This document shows, in pieces, positions 18,805 through 28,330 of a DNA stretch of 64,000 nt. Position numbers and translations under genes: made by a program. The DNA lies in IMG/VR virus record IMGVR_UViG_3300026078_000018. One strand, given 5' to 3'. Source of the stretch: a virus. The stretch's first letter is position 1. Every line of letters begins with the position of its first letter. The notes under the pieces are model-generated. The model was not told the origin of the DNA. It searched no databases and saw only the letters and a list, made by a program, of their open reading frames with translations.

Positions 18805-19383
18805 ATGAGCATCACCCCACCAGAGCCGCTGGCCGCCCTTGAGCCGATCCTGGACCCCGCTGACACCCCCGGAAATATCAAAGGTAAACCCGTCCGCACC
18901 TGGTCCACCGGGGTCGTCGCCGAGACCTTTTTCGACCGGACGCTGAAGTGGTTCAACAACCTCGCCTGGGCCCCTCCAGGGTCGTCGCCCATCATCCCAG
19001 CCGACATCATTCCTGAACCGCCTGCAGTGTCCGGCGGCCGCAGCGGACAGCGAGTCTGGACCCTGTTCGATGTTGAACGCCTCGCCTATCACCTATTCCA
19101 TCACCCACGGAAACCGGACTACGACGCCACCGCGCTCTACCGGACACTGGACGTGGTCTACGCCGTCGCCAGGAACCAAGGCCTCCTGCCGAGAGACGTC
19201 GATCCCATCGCTCAGCTACGCCCCGCACCGAGGGCCTGGACCCCCGCCAAGCGCTCCAAGGCCAAGGCGAAGGCCAAGACCGACGACCAGAACCCCAAAC
19301 GCCAGCCGAAGATGAAGGGCTCCAGCGCCACCCTGGAGCAGACGACGTTGGAAGACGCCATCGACGAAGCCTCACAGCAGTAA
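18805..19383 (+). CDS. MerR-like HTH DNA-binding protein
   Basis: VAETFFDRT.KW...GQRVWTLFDVERLA pattern. Confidence 0.6.
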   Translation: MSITPPEPLAALEPILDPADTPGNIKGKPVRTWSTGVVAETFFDRTLKWFNNLAWAPPGSSPIIPADIIPEPPAVSGGRSGQRVWTLFDVERLAYHLFHHPRKPDYDATALYRTLDVVYAVARNQGLLPRDVDPIAQLRPAPRAWTPAKRSKAKAKAKTDDQNPKRQPKMKGSSATLEQTTLEDAIDEASQQ

Positions 19384-19689
19384 CTCCTCGCCCACACCTT
19401 TGCACTGATCTGTAGTCCACCGCTGACAGTATCCACTCACATCTTCCACCTAGATCGAGGGATGCGAGGCCTGGATGACAGCGGTGGGCTACAGGCATGT
19501 GTGAATGCCGAATGACTACAGACGCTCCTGCCAACAGGAGCTGTAAGAGCCTGTGAACAGAGAAGGACTCAAAGAGTCGGATGACACTGTGTCCCGATGG
19601 CGCTTGCATACTGCCTGCGCGCAGATCTTGTACCTTCAGAAGCTGATGATAGAGCCTGCTTGAGACCCGCTCTGACATCGCGGGATACA

Positions 19690-19725
19690 GGTATATACCT
19701 ATGGCATATACCATCCGCGTATACC
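19690..19725. repeat. three 10-bp GGYRTATACC-type repeats at 13-bp period (parS-like)
   Basis: GGTATATACC at 19690, GGCATATACC at 19703, CGCGTATACC at 19716. Confidence 0.65.
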
Positions 19726-19928
19726 ATCGCTGGGTACTTTAGGATCTCTCCTTCAGGCGCGGCTGACAGCAATCGTCCTGCGTTTGCGATGAAGACGTAT
19801 CCGGTAGGCCCCTAGCAGTGAGACGAGACTCTCGGGCGTCACTTAGAGCGGATTCTATTTGTGCCCGCTTATAGCCAGAGATTCAGGCCGCCGATCCTGT
19901 CCTAACCTGATCGTCTGTGATTACAGCA

Positions 19929-19967
19929 GACGGCCCCCGCAGACCCTGGAGTCCACGGGGGCCGTCA
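19929..19967. terminator. hairpin downstream of the par operon
   Basis: GACGGCCCCCG / CGGGGGCCGTC inverted repeat. Confidence 0.55.
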
Positions 19968-20017
19968 TATGCCTGTCAGATCAGGCGGTCAGTATTTGCT
20001 GACGGGCGTGGACCTGA

Positions 20018-20230
20018 TCAGGCGTCGTCGTTCTTCGATCGTGGTGCAGGCGAGGGGAGCTTGCGCGTGTCCTTACCTTCGATGTCCTTCTCTGCGCACT
20101 CGGTGCACAGGTCGATCTTGTATCTGAGCTTCAGCTGTCCGCGCAGCTCGACTGTGACCGGCACCCGCTCGGTGTTTGGCATCAGCTTTTCGCAGCGCGA
20201 GCACTGATAGATGTTTGCGACTCTTGGCAC
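20018..20230 (-). CDS. small Zn-binding protein, Lsr2-dimerisation-like pattern
   Basis: CSRC...YKIDLCTECA. Confidence 0.5.
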   Translation of the reverse strand: MPRVANIYQCSRCEKLMPNTERVPVTVELRGQLKLRYKIDLCTECAEKDIEGKDTRKLPSPAPRSKNDDA

Positions 20231-20255
20231 GTCTATTCCAATCCCCAGATCCCGG

Positions 20256-21068
20256 CTACAGCACCGTCAACAACGCCTGCGTCGCCGACGTGCATCCACG
20301 CATCGCGTCCCGCGCTTCGTCGGTCAACGCCCGAAGCGGCGACCCCACCGGCAGCCGCACCATCGTCCACCGCTGGCCCGCCGGATCCGGCAGCACGGCC
20401 GCCGGGCGCCCGCTGGCCACCTGCACCTTCAGCTGGTCCAAGACGGGGTCGAGGTACGTCTCGGTGAGCAGGTGCGCTTTCGACTCGGGGACGAAGGCCT
20501 TGTCGATCGTCAGGAAGGCGCGGACGACTCTGCGGATGAACTCGCTGCGATCCAGACCGCAGTCGTCTGCGTCGGCGTCGAACCGAACGCGCTGACTTTC
20601 GGTCATGTACGGGCTCAGCATCGTGCGGTGCGCGGACTCGGTGACGACCTCGTCGTAGATGTCGTCGATGACCGTCGTCGCCAACGGCGTGCTGGGGAGG
20701 TCCGCGGCGACGAGCCGGTATTCCCTGGCCGCGGTCATATAGACCTGAGCAAGCGTCAAGCCGCCGAGAGCAGGCTGCGCCAGTGCGATCAACGGGAGGA
20801 GATCCCGATCCATCAGCACCGCGGTGCGCTGCTTCTTGCCCCCTGCGGAGGGGGCAGCCTTCGCAGGGGGCTTCGGCTTGGGCTTGGGCGCCTTGGCTGC
20901 CTGCTGTGACGGGACAGCAGGCTCCGGCGGCTCGGGCTCAGAGGGCGCCGCCGGGGGAGGTGGGGGCGTCTGTGGCGGGTCTGGGGGCTTGCTGGCAACG
21001 GCTGCGCTCGGCGTCCCCATCGCCAGCATCGCGGCGACGGCGTCGCTGACGTCGTTAGAGTGGCTCAC
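20256..21068 (-). CDS. ParA partner, putative centromere-binding protein (RHH-like)
   Basis: Coupled to parA; Pro-rich disordered N-terminus; LDRSEFIRRVV RHH-like segment. Confidence 0.6.
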   Translation of the reverse strand: MSHSNDVSDAVAAMLAMGTPSAAVASKPPDPPQTPPPPPAAPSEPEPPEPAVPSQQAAKAPKPKPKPPAKAAPSAGGKKQRTAVLMDRDLLPLIALAQPALGGLTLAQVYMTAAREYRLVAADLPSTPLATTVIDDIYDEVVTESAHRTMLSPYMTESQRVRFDADADDCGLDRSEFIRRVVRAFLTIDKAFVPESKAHLLTETYLDPVLDQLKVQVASGRPAAVLPDPAGQRWTMVRLPVGSPLRALTDEARDAMRGCTSATQALLTVL

Positions 21069-22108
21069 GCCGTGTTCCTTGCTGCGATTGCGGCGTTCAT
21101 CCCGGCCAGGGTCTCCCGGGCGAACTCGTCGTAGTCACGCAGGATTGCGTGCTCCTCCAGCAGTTCCTCGTCGGTTGTACCCAGGGAAGTACTCCTGAGG
21201 TACTCGCCGATCGTCACGCCCTTCTCGCGAGCCTTGGCCACGTTGAGCGCCGAGTAGTGGATCATCGCGTTGAACAGCTTCGGGTAGCCGGGCAGCAGCG
21301 CGCGCTCCGAGTCGAACACCTCGTTGTCCAGTATCACTTGGATCTTCTTGGCGATGTCGACCATCGCCCCTCCGGGCCGGGCGTTGCCGTTGCCGTCCGT
21401 CCTGCGCCACGCACGGATCGTGGGGTCGGGAATGCGACCGGCCACGGCGCCGAGGAAGACGTGCTCGGGATTGCGCTCGCGCGCCTCACCGATCTCCTTG
21501 ATCAGGATGTTCAGACCGTCCTCGTAGGCCGCGATGTCGTAGTCCATTGGGGCGTAGGAGAACGCCGCCGCCTCCAGCACCATGAGACGAACGGTCTTGA
21601 TCTTCGGGTCGTTGTCCACCAGCGTCATGTGGTAGTCGCCGGAGACGGTCGCGATCACCTGTCCCAGAACGTGGGTGTAGGGGCGCTTCTGCAGGACCGA
21701 GACCGCGCTCATCCCGTCGATGGCGGCTTCCAGCGCGGTGCCGCCGACGATCACGTCCACCCGGCCCCCGTTGGGGTAGGACCGCACCCCCTTCACGACG
21801 GTGGGGGCCGTCGGCGTCCCAGTCATGAACGTCACCATCAGCGCGTCGGCCAGGGACTTGCCCTTGTCATCGTGTTCGGTCTCGTGCAGCCCCAGGTCGC
21901 GCCTGCTGGCGATGGCGTGGCTGTCGACGTCGACCACCAGGATGACGAAGCCCATACGGGCCAGGGCGTCGGCCAGCGCGGTGATGGTCGCGGTCTTTAG
22001 GATGCCACCCTTGCCGGTGACCACGGCGAGGACGCGCGCCAGCAGGGCGCGCTCGGTCAGCGAGATCCGTGGCGGGGCGTCGGCGGCTTCGAAAGCTGCT
22101 GTGGTCAT
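21065..22108 (-). CDS. parA: ParA/Soj partition ATPase
   Basis: Deviant Walker A GKGGILKT and LVVDVD; start at MTTAAF after a GGGAG RBS. Confidence 0.9.
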   Translation of the reverse strand: MTTAAFEAADAPPRISLTERALLARVLAVVTGKGGILKTATITALADALARMGFVILVVDVDSHAIASRRDLGLHETEHDDKGKSLADALMVTFMTGTPTAPTVVKGVRSYPNGGRVDVIVGGTALEAAIDGMSAVSVLQKRPYTHVLGQVIATVSGDYHMTLVDNDPKIKTVRLMVLEAAAFSYAPMDYDIAAYEDGLNILIKEIGEARERNPEHVFLGAVAGRIPDPTIRAWRRTDGNGNARPGGAMVDIAKKIQVILDNEVFDSERALLPGYPKLFNAMIHYSALNVAKAREKGVTIGEYLRSTSLGTTDEELLEEHAILRDYDEFARETLAGMNAAIAARNTA

Positions 22109-22155
22109 GCGGTTCTCCCTTGCTGGCGGGTCATGGGGGGATGCAGGGCGCTGAG

Positions 22156-22178
22156 GGCGTATACCGGTGGCATATACC
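22156..22178. promoter_or_regulatory. two GGYRTATACC repeats (13-bp period) upstream of parA
   Basis: GGCGTATACC at 22156, GGCATATACC at 22169. Confidence 0.6.
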
Positions 22179-22517
22179 TGCGGCGCGTGCCACAGCATAG
22201 CGTTTCTGGTACTCAAAACACGCGTTTTGAAGAGTAAAAATGGCCGTTTTCGATGTCGAAAACACGCGTTGGTGCTTGACCGTGCATGCGGCCCATCGAT
22301 AGCGTGACGGTGCCACGCCTCGGGGACGGCCGTACCGAGCGCGCGACGGCACCCACAACGCCCCTCGACCCGGGGGAGGCGACACCGGTTCCGCGAGCGT
22401 ACCGGCTGCCCACCACCTGCGCTGCAACCTGCACCGAATCCACCCTCGGTGTCTGCGGCGTCCAGTCGGACCCTGAAGCGTTGCTGACGTGCCACGCGAC
22501 TAGGACAGGGGACACCC

Positions 22518-22934
22518 ATGATCGAGTTCTACGACGGTCCGGTCCAGACCGCCCCCACCACCACCACGGCTACCACCATGACGGTGGTCCCCATCACTAC
22601 TCAAGCCACTGCGACCCCCATTGTCCCTGCTGCGCATCTGATCAAGCCCGACGAGCAGTGGACCCCCGAGGATCTGCGCGACTACATCCTCACCGAGATC
22701 GTCAAGCGTCAACCCGCCGCCGCGAGCCGTCGTAACCCGGCCGCCGAGATGGCCATCTGCCGCGCTTTCAGCGAGCGCCACGGCGTCAACGCCCCCCGCA
22801 TCGCGCGCTACGCCTTCACCATCGCCCAGGGCTGGTGGAACTCCAGCCCCATCGACTTCCGGCGCTTCTCCAAGGCCTCCGACACCTACTTCGCCAACAT
22901 CATCATCGGGCGTCTGCCTCAGGCCAGCGCGTGA
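22518..22934 (+). CDS. hypothetical replication-module protein
   Basis: First gene of the replication operon; coupled to the DnaC-like gene. Confidence 0.7.
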   Translation: MIEFYDGPVQTAPTTTTATTMTVVPITTQATATPIVPAAHLIKPDEQWTPEDLRDYILTEIVKRQPAAASRRNPAAEMAICRAFSERHGVNAPRIARYAFTIAQGWWNSSPIDFRRFSKASDTYFANIIIGRLPQASA

Positions 22935-23782
22935 ACCTGGCCCAGCAGCCTCCGCTGCCCGACACGCTGCTGCGCCTGAGCACCGAACAATCCAGACGGC
23001 TGAACCTGTCTTCGGCGAGGTCCTGGACCAATGCCAAAGAGAAGTGCCTGACGTGCAGCAAAGCCAACAACAGCACCTATCAGTGGTACGCCCCCGGCTC
23101 CCGCAATGAGCAGCACACCGTGCGCTACCAGTGCGACTGCGTCAGCCAGTACCGGCTCTACCGGTGGATGAGCTGGGCGGGCATCGGCCTGAACTACCAG
23201 CGGGCCGACTGGCAGGACGCCATCGGCATGGACGACTCCAAGGCGATGGAAGCCGTTCTTGACTATGCCTTGAACGCCGCCTACCACGTCAACGCAGGCA
23301 ACAACCTGATTCTGTGGTCCAAGCAGTTCGGCACCGGCAAGACCTTCCTGGCCAGCATGCTCGCCAAGCGGCTGCTGTTCCTGGGGGTTGACGTCTACTT
23401 CGCTACCCTGGATGAGATCCTCGACCTCTACACCGCCAGCTGGCGCTCCGAGACCGCGCTCGCCCACTTCGAAGAACGCGTCCGCACCTGTGACGTGCTT
23501 TTCATGGACGATATCGGCCGCGAACACCCCGGCCGCACAGATGTCGTCATCTCCATGCTGGACGGCGTCGTGCGCCGCCGTGTCGCCAACTGCCTGCCGA
23601 TCGCCGTCACCACCAACCTGCAGAAAGAAGAGCTCGTCGCCTACGGCCCCAACCTGGAGAGCCTCCTGAGGGAGCGCATGATCATGGTGGAGGTCGAAGG
23701 CGTCGACAAGCGACCGGCTATGTCAGCGCGCGCTGTCCGCGAGCATGAGCTCGGCCTCACCCGACCGATTGTGATCGCCTGA
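22931..23782 (+). CDS. DnaC/IstB-like helicase loader ATPase
   Basis: Zn Cys pairs; GTGKT, LFMDDIGRE and VTTNL motifs. Confidence 0.88.
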   Translation: MNLAQQPPLPDTLLRLSTEQSRRLNLSSARSWTNAKEKCLTCSKANNSTYQWYAPGSRNEQHTVRYQCDCVSQYRLYRWMSWAGIGLNYQRADWQDAIGMDDSKAMEAVLDYALNAAYHVNAGNNLILWSKQFGTGKTFLASMLAKRLLFLGVDVYFATLDEILDLYTASWRSETALAHFEERVRTCDVLFMDDIGREHPGRTDVVISMLDGVVRRRVANCLPIAVTTNLQKEELVAYGPNLESLLRERMIMVEVEGVDKRPAMSARAVREHELGLTRPIVIA

Positions 23783-25110
23783 TGCCGACACCTGCAGAGA
23801 ACGCCCTCATCAACGCGCTCACCGATGTCGAGGCGCTGGAACATCTGGTCGAGCTGGGCCTGGCCGCCGAATGCATTCCCACTCCGAAGCTTGCCGAGAT
23901 CATCGCCTGGGCCTGTGATTACTTCATCGACTCCCGTCGCACCCAGGCCCCGGAACGTAGCGTGCTGCAGGCCACCTGGGGCGCCGCCCTGGACGCCATG
24001 GGTGCGGAGCTGGAGGCCGAGGACGTCCAAGTACCCCAGATCTCCTGGGCTGTCAGGACCCTCAAAGAGCAGTACCTGCACCTGCAGTACCAGCAGATCC
24101 TCATCGACGGCGCCAACGCCATGGCCACGACCAATACCGGTGAGAAGGCCGCGGTGGTCCACGCCAGTATGGCGCGCCTGCAGGCCCTCGCTGACACCAC
24201 CGCGGAGACTCGGATTGGAGAGGATGGCCGCACTGGCCTGGAGGCCTCCGTTGCCCGCTACGAACACCGCGTCAACCACCCCGAGTCGATGCGAGGGCTG
24301 GGGCTCGGCCTGCCCGCGGTCGACGAACACACCGGCGGCATCCAGCGCGGCGAATGTGCTGCCGTCATCGCCCCGGAGAAGACCGGCAAGTCCAACATGG
24401 CCCTGTGGTCGGCGAAGGAGCACTTTCAGGCATACCAGGACTCGGTGACGGTCCTGTACACGCTGGAGAACTCCGTCAAAGCCGCCTACGACCGGCTGGC
24501 ATGCATGGTCGCCCAGATCGACTACACCGATTACCAGTGGGGACGTGTGGCCGCCGCCGATCTGGCATACCTGCGCGACTGGCAGTCTGACCATGCTGCC
24601 GATCTAGCCGAACGCTTCTTCGTTATGCAGCCCGGTGAGGGCGGCCGCACCGCGGCTGCCATGTGCCAGACAGCGCGGGCCCGCGGCGCCGACGCGGTGA
24701 TCTTCGACCAGCTGTCGCACTTCGAGATCACCCGCAACTACCGGACCGACCGCGAAGAGACCAAGCGTGCGATCAACGAACTGATCGTGGCACTGTCCGA
24801 CGGCGGAGGCCAGCGCGAGCCACTGTCCGGGCTTCTGCTGCACCAGGCCAGCCGCGAGGCAGCCGAAGCCGCCAAGAAGACGGGTACCCTCGGCACCCAT
24901 GGCGGCGCTGGAACTTCAGAAATCGAGCGCGCCGTCGATATGTACTTCGGCCTGTTCCAAAGCGAAGACGACGCCGGATGCGACGAGGCCAGCCTGGAAC
25001 TCCTCGCCTTCCGCCGCGGCCCAGCCAAGGCGAAGTGGCAGCTGGCCTGGCGCCCCTGGGCCGGGGACGTCCACGTCCTGTACAAGCCGGTGATGTCCGG
25101 TGGCTACTGA
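23782..25110 (+). CDS. dnaB: DnaB-like replicative helicase
   Basis: APEKTGKS, YTLEN, IFDQL, LHQASR and EIERAVD motifs. Confidence 0.88.
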   Translation: MPTPAENALINALTDVEALEHLVELGLAAECIPTPKLAEIIAWACDYFIDSRRTQAPERSVLQATWGAALDAMGAELEAEDVQVPQISWAVRTLKEQYLHLQYQQILIDGANAMATTNTGEKAAVVHASMARLQALADTTAETRIGEDGRTGLEASVARYEHRVNHPESMRGLGLGLPAVDEHTGGIQRGECAAVIAPEKTGKSNMALWSAKEHFQAYQDSVTVLYTLENSVKAAYDRLACMVAQIDYTDYQWGRVAAADLAYLRDWQSDHAADLAERFFVMQPGEGGRTAAAMCQTARARGADAVIFDQLSHFEITRNYRTDREETKRAINELIVALSDGGGQREPLSGLLLHQASREAAEAAKKTGTLGTHGGAGTSEIERAVDMYFGLFQSEDDAGCDEASLELLAFRRGPAKAKWQLAWRPWAGDVHVLYKPVMSGGY

Positions 25111-26227
25111 TACCGCCGGGATCGACCTGCTGCCCGAGCAGGCCCGCAGAGCCCTGCTCCTGGACCTACTGGCTCAGGCCGGGGCCGTGTCAGTCCGCGT
25201 CAACGACGCCAACGGCGAAATCATCCACGGCTGCCTGCTCACCCCCGGCGCACACCGCGATCAGGCCGCCAACCCCACTGCCAGCATCAACTACCGGCGT
25301 TTGGCCGGATCCTGCTTTGGATGCGGCGCCGCGGGCGGCCTGATCTGGTTTGTCGCCACTGTCCTGAACACTGACGACACCGGAGCCCGGACGTGGCTCG
25401 CAGGACACGGCGCCCCCGATGGCGGCCCTATCGCGCTGCCCACCATGCTGGCCGCGATTACCGAGCCGTTCACCACCACCGCCTCGGCTACCGAACCCAT
25501 CCCGAAGTACCACCCCAGCGCCCTGGACGCCTTCGCGCACTCCCATGGCTACTGGACCGACCCACCGGCCGCGCCCGGCACCTCAAGGGGCGGCCGAGGC
25601 ATCCACCCGGCCACCGTCGCCGCCCGACACCTGGGCTACGACCCCGGCACAGGCCGCGTCGTCATCCCGCACTTCTGGCGAGGCGACCTCGTCGGCTGGC
25701 AATCACGCCCCGCCGGGGCCGTCCCGCCGGACACCCCCAAGTACCAGAACACGCCCAGCTTTCCGAAACGTACTACTCTGCATCACCTCAACTCACAGGT
25801 CGAGGAGCTGCTACTCGTTGAGTCCTCGATGAGCGAACTACGCCACGCCCACGCCATGGACGACATCGCAGGAACATTCGGCGCATGGGTCAGCGACGAG
25901 CAGATCGAAGCCATCATCCGGCTGCCGCGCCTGCGCCGCATCATCGTCTGGCCCGACTCAGACCCCAAAGGCTGGGAGGCCTTCGACGGCGGCCGCACCC
26001 CCAAGCACGGCCTCATCGCCCGGCTCAGCCGCTACAAGCCCGTCTTCTACATCGACAGCCCCTTCACCGGCGACCCCGCCGACATCGACACCCCCACCGC
26101 GGTGGCCATGCGCGAACACCTGCTGCGCCCCGCAGCCCTGTGGCAGCGCCCCACTGCGCTTGCCTGCTGGCACTGCAGGCTCCCCGCCCACACCGGTGCC
26201 TGTCCTCATCCGGCGGCCGCCGCGTGA
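25100..26227 (+). CDS. DNA primase (Zn finger + TOPRIM)
   Basis: H.D..P.AS..CFGCG, VVIP, KYQN, LVES and D.D..G motifs. Confidence 0.85.
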   Translation: MATDTAGIDLLPEQARRALLLDLLAQAGAVSVRVNDANGEIIHGCLLTPGAHRDQAANPTASINYRRLAGSCFGCGAAGGLIWFVATVLNTDDTGARTWLAGHGAPDGGPIALPTMLAAITEPFTTTASATEPIPKYHPSALDAFAHSHGYWTDPPAAPGTSRGGRGIHPATVAARHLGYDPGTGRVVIPHFWRGDLVGWQSRPAGAVPPDTPKYQNTPSFPKRTTLHHLNSQVEELLLVESSMSELRHAHAMDDIAGTFGAWVSDEQIEAIIRLPRLRRIIVWPDSDPKGWEAFDGGRTPKHGLIARLSRYKPVFYIDSPFTGDPADIDTPTAVAMREHLLRPAALWQRPTALACWHCRLPAHTGACPHPAAAA

Positions 26228-26233
26228 AGGGAC

Positions 26234-26422
26234 ATGGCACTCACCAAGTTCTCCGTCGGCCAGCTGATCACCGACGACTCCAGCATCGACACCACCGCCG
26301 AGCCCACCAACCGTGTGGAATCCGCACCCGAACACAGGGCTACAGCTTGCCACTGCGGCACAATGTGCCGATGCGCCCCGAGCCACGCCCCGACGGACGA
26401 TTCCGACCCGACATCGACCTGA
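26234..26422 (+). CDS. small Cys-rich hypothetical protein
   Basis: AAGGGAC before ATG; CHCGTMCRC. Confidence 0.4.
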   Translation: MALTKFSVGQLITDDSSIDTTAEPTNRVESAPEHRATACHCGTMCRCAPSHAPTDDSDPTST

Positions 26423-27255
26423 CCGACCTGTGGGCCCGCATCCCCGGCCCCACCGCCACCCTGATCGCCTACGGCCCCGACGGCGTCCCGGTCATCCTCG
26501 TCGGCGACGGCCCGCGCCTGTGCACCTCGGCGCGCGCCGTTGTGAGCCTGCGCCCGTCGAGGATCTACGACGTCAACGGGTTCTACGCCGCCCTCGGAGT
26601 AGAACCCGGTGCCGACCGTCACACCTTGGCCAAGGCCTATGTCGCCCTCGGCGGTCACGGTGACCCCCGCCTGACCGAGATCATGTCGATTCTGCTCGAC
26701 CCAGACAAGCGGCGCGCCTATGACCGGATGCTGCCACACCAGCGGTTCGCCGACACCGAGACGGTGCAGCGGCTCACTAACGCCGAGTCGGCTCGGCGTC
26801 TCCGTGAAGCAGACCCTCTTTCGAGTGTTTTTGACACCGAAAACGTGCGTTCCGGGGGCCAAAATACGCGAGAATCAGTACACGAAACAGCCGGTCGTGT
26901 ACCGGGGAATGTAACCGAAACAGATCTGACGTGGGGATACGCCTACTACCTGTGGGGCGTCACCTACTCCGCCTCGGAGACAGCGGACCTGCCATTGTGG
27001 CAACAAGCTGTCATCACCGCGCTGGGCGCCCTCCCGGGCGCGGCGCAGCAGTTCGCCGTCGGCCGCTGCGCCCTCGGGACCGACCCGGTCGCCATCCGGG
27101 TCGCAGACGTCCCGGTGGCGTTCCTGTCGGCAGGCACCGCACCACAGCAAACCCTCGCCGAGCGCGTCGCGAACCAGCTACGCGCGCTGCAACAGCACAC
27201 CACCTCACCGTTTAGCCACGCGAAACAGCACACCCAAGGAGCACTCACCCCATGA
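26371..27255 (+). CDS. J-domain-like protein lacking HPD
   Basis: FYAALGV...L.KAY...LLDPDKRRAYD; start uncertain. Confidence 0.6.
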   Translation: MRPEPRPDGRFRPDIDLTDLWARIPGPTATLIAYGPDGVPVILVGDGPRLCTSARAVVSLRPSRIYDVNGFYAALGVEPGADRHTLAKAYVALGGHGDPRLTEIMSILLDPDKRRAYDRMLPHQRFADTETVQRLTNAESARRLREADPLSSVFDTENVRSGGQNTRESVHETAGRVPGNVTETDLTWGYAYYLWGVTYSASETADLPLWQQAVITALGALPGAAQQFAVGRCALGTDPVAIRVADVPVAFLSAGTAPQQTLAERVANQLRALQQHTTSPFSHAKQHTQGALTP

Positions 27256-28241
27256 GCAGCGACACCATCACGTTCAGCCCCGGCCGCGGCATCGAGGCCA
27301 CGAAGGCCGCCTCCGCGGCCAGCAGCGGCGGTGACTTCCGGAAGATCCACTACTTCCAGATCCCCAAGCCCGGAGACAAGGTCGTCCTGCGCTTCATCAC
27401 CTCCATCGATCGGATGCCGGTGGTGAAGTTCCATAACTTCGTGCCGACCAAGCAGGGTCCGGCGGGTGCCACCAACTGGCCCTCTTCGATGTCTGCGGTC
27501 TGCCGCTACGACGACGCCTTCAAGGGCGGCTTCAGCGACTGCTACATCTGCGACAACAAGATCACCAATGCGCAGGGCCGCGTCTGCAAGGCCACCCCCA
27601 AGACCACCGCCCTGGCCTGCCTGCGCATGGAGTACAAGGACCCGAACACGGGTGAGACCGGCTGGACCGACGTCCCGCGCGACGTGAAGATCAAGGAGGG
27701 GGAGACGGTCAAGGAGGTCGTCGAGCGCTCCCTGATCGTCGTGTCCATGGCCCCGTCCAATTTCTGGGACAACCTCATGGGCTTCGGTCAGAGGTTCAAA
27801 TCCTTGAGTGACCGTGACTACGAGGTCGAGCGCCAGGGCGAGGGCATCAAGACCAGCTACATGTTCTTCCCCCTGGACAAGGACCCGGTCTTGTATCCCG
27901 GTTCCGAGGCCTGGGTGTACGACCAGGTCGCCGAAACCCAGGGCCTGGACGTCGACCAGATCATCGTCAACCAGGCGAAAGACGAGTACTACGCGCGGTT
28001 CTTCGACCCGCGCTACACCGTCAACGACAAGGGCATCGTCGTGCCCGTCGGCAACGCTGCTTCCAACGGCCCGGCCACCGCCGCGGCGCAGGAGAGTACT
28101 GCGGAGAAGATCGCCAGGCTGCAGGAGGAAGTCCAGAAGGGCCAGGGCCGCGCCGAGGCCGCCACCGCAGGCGCCTTCGGCGGCACCCCCGCCGCCGCCC
28201 CCTCCGGCGACCCCTGGGCCAGCGGGAACAGCGGCTTCTAG
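27252..28241 (+). CDS. single-stranded DNA-binding protein (gp32-like)
   Basis: LRFI..., C..CYIC Zn site, DYEVERQGEG..TSY, flexible tail; directly upstream of the polymerase. Confidence 0.75.
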   Translation: MSSDTITFSPGRGIEATKAASAASSGGDFRKIHYFQIPKPGDKVVLRFITSIDRMPVVKFHNFVPTKQGPAGATNWPSSMSAVCRYDDAFKGGFSDCYICDNKITNAQGRVCKATPKTTALACLRMEYKDPNTGETGWTDVPRDVKIKEGETVKEVVERSLIVVSMAPSNFWDNLMGFGQRFKSLSDRDYEVERQGEGIKTSYMFFPLDKDPVLYPGSEAWVYDQVAETQGLDVDQIIVNQAKDEYYARFFDPRYTVNDKGIVVPVGNAASNGPATAAAQESTAEKIARLQEEVQKGQGRAEAATAGAFGGTPAAAPSGDPWASGNSGF

Positions 28242-28330
28242 CGCATCCAGGGGCCCGCGCCGGAGGCAACCCGGTGCGGGCCCCACCCCTACACCCGCTC
28301 CACGCAGAGCGCACCGAGAGGGGACTCCCT

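Noticed and set aside
19400-19930. Small ORFs in the lower-GC gap
   Set aside because: Atypical codon usage and no clear RBS; better explained as non-coding DNA with the parS-like repeats
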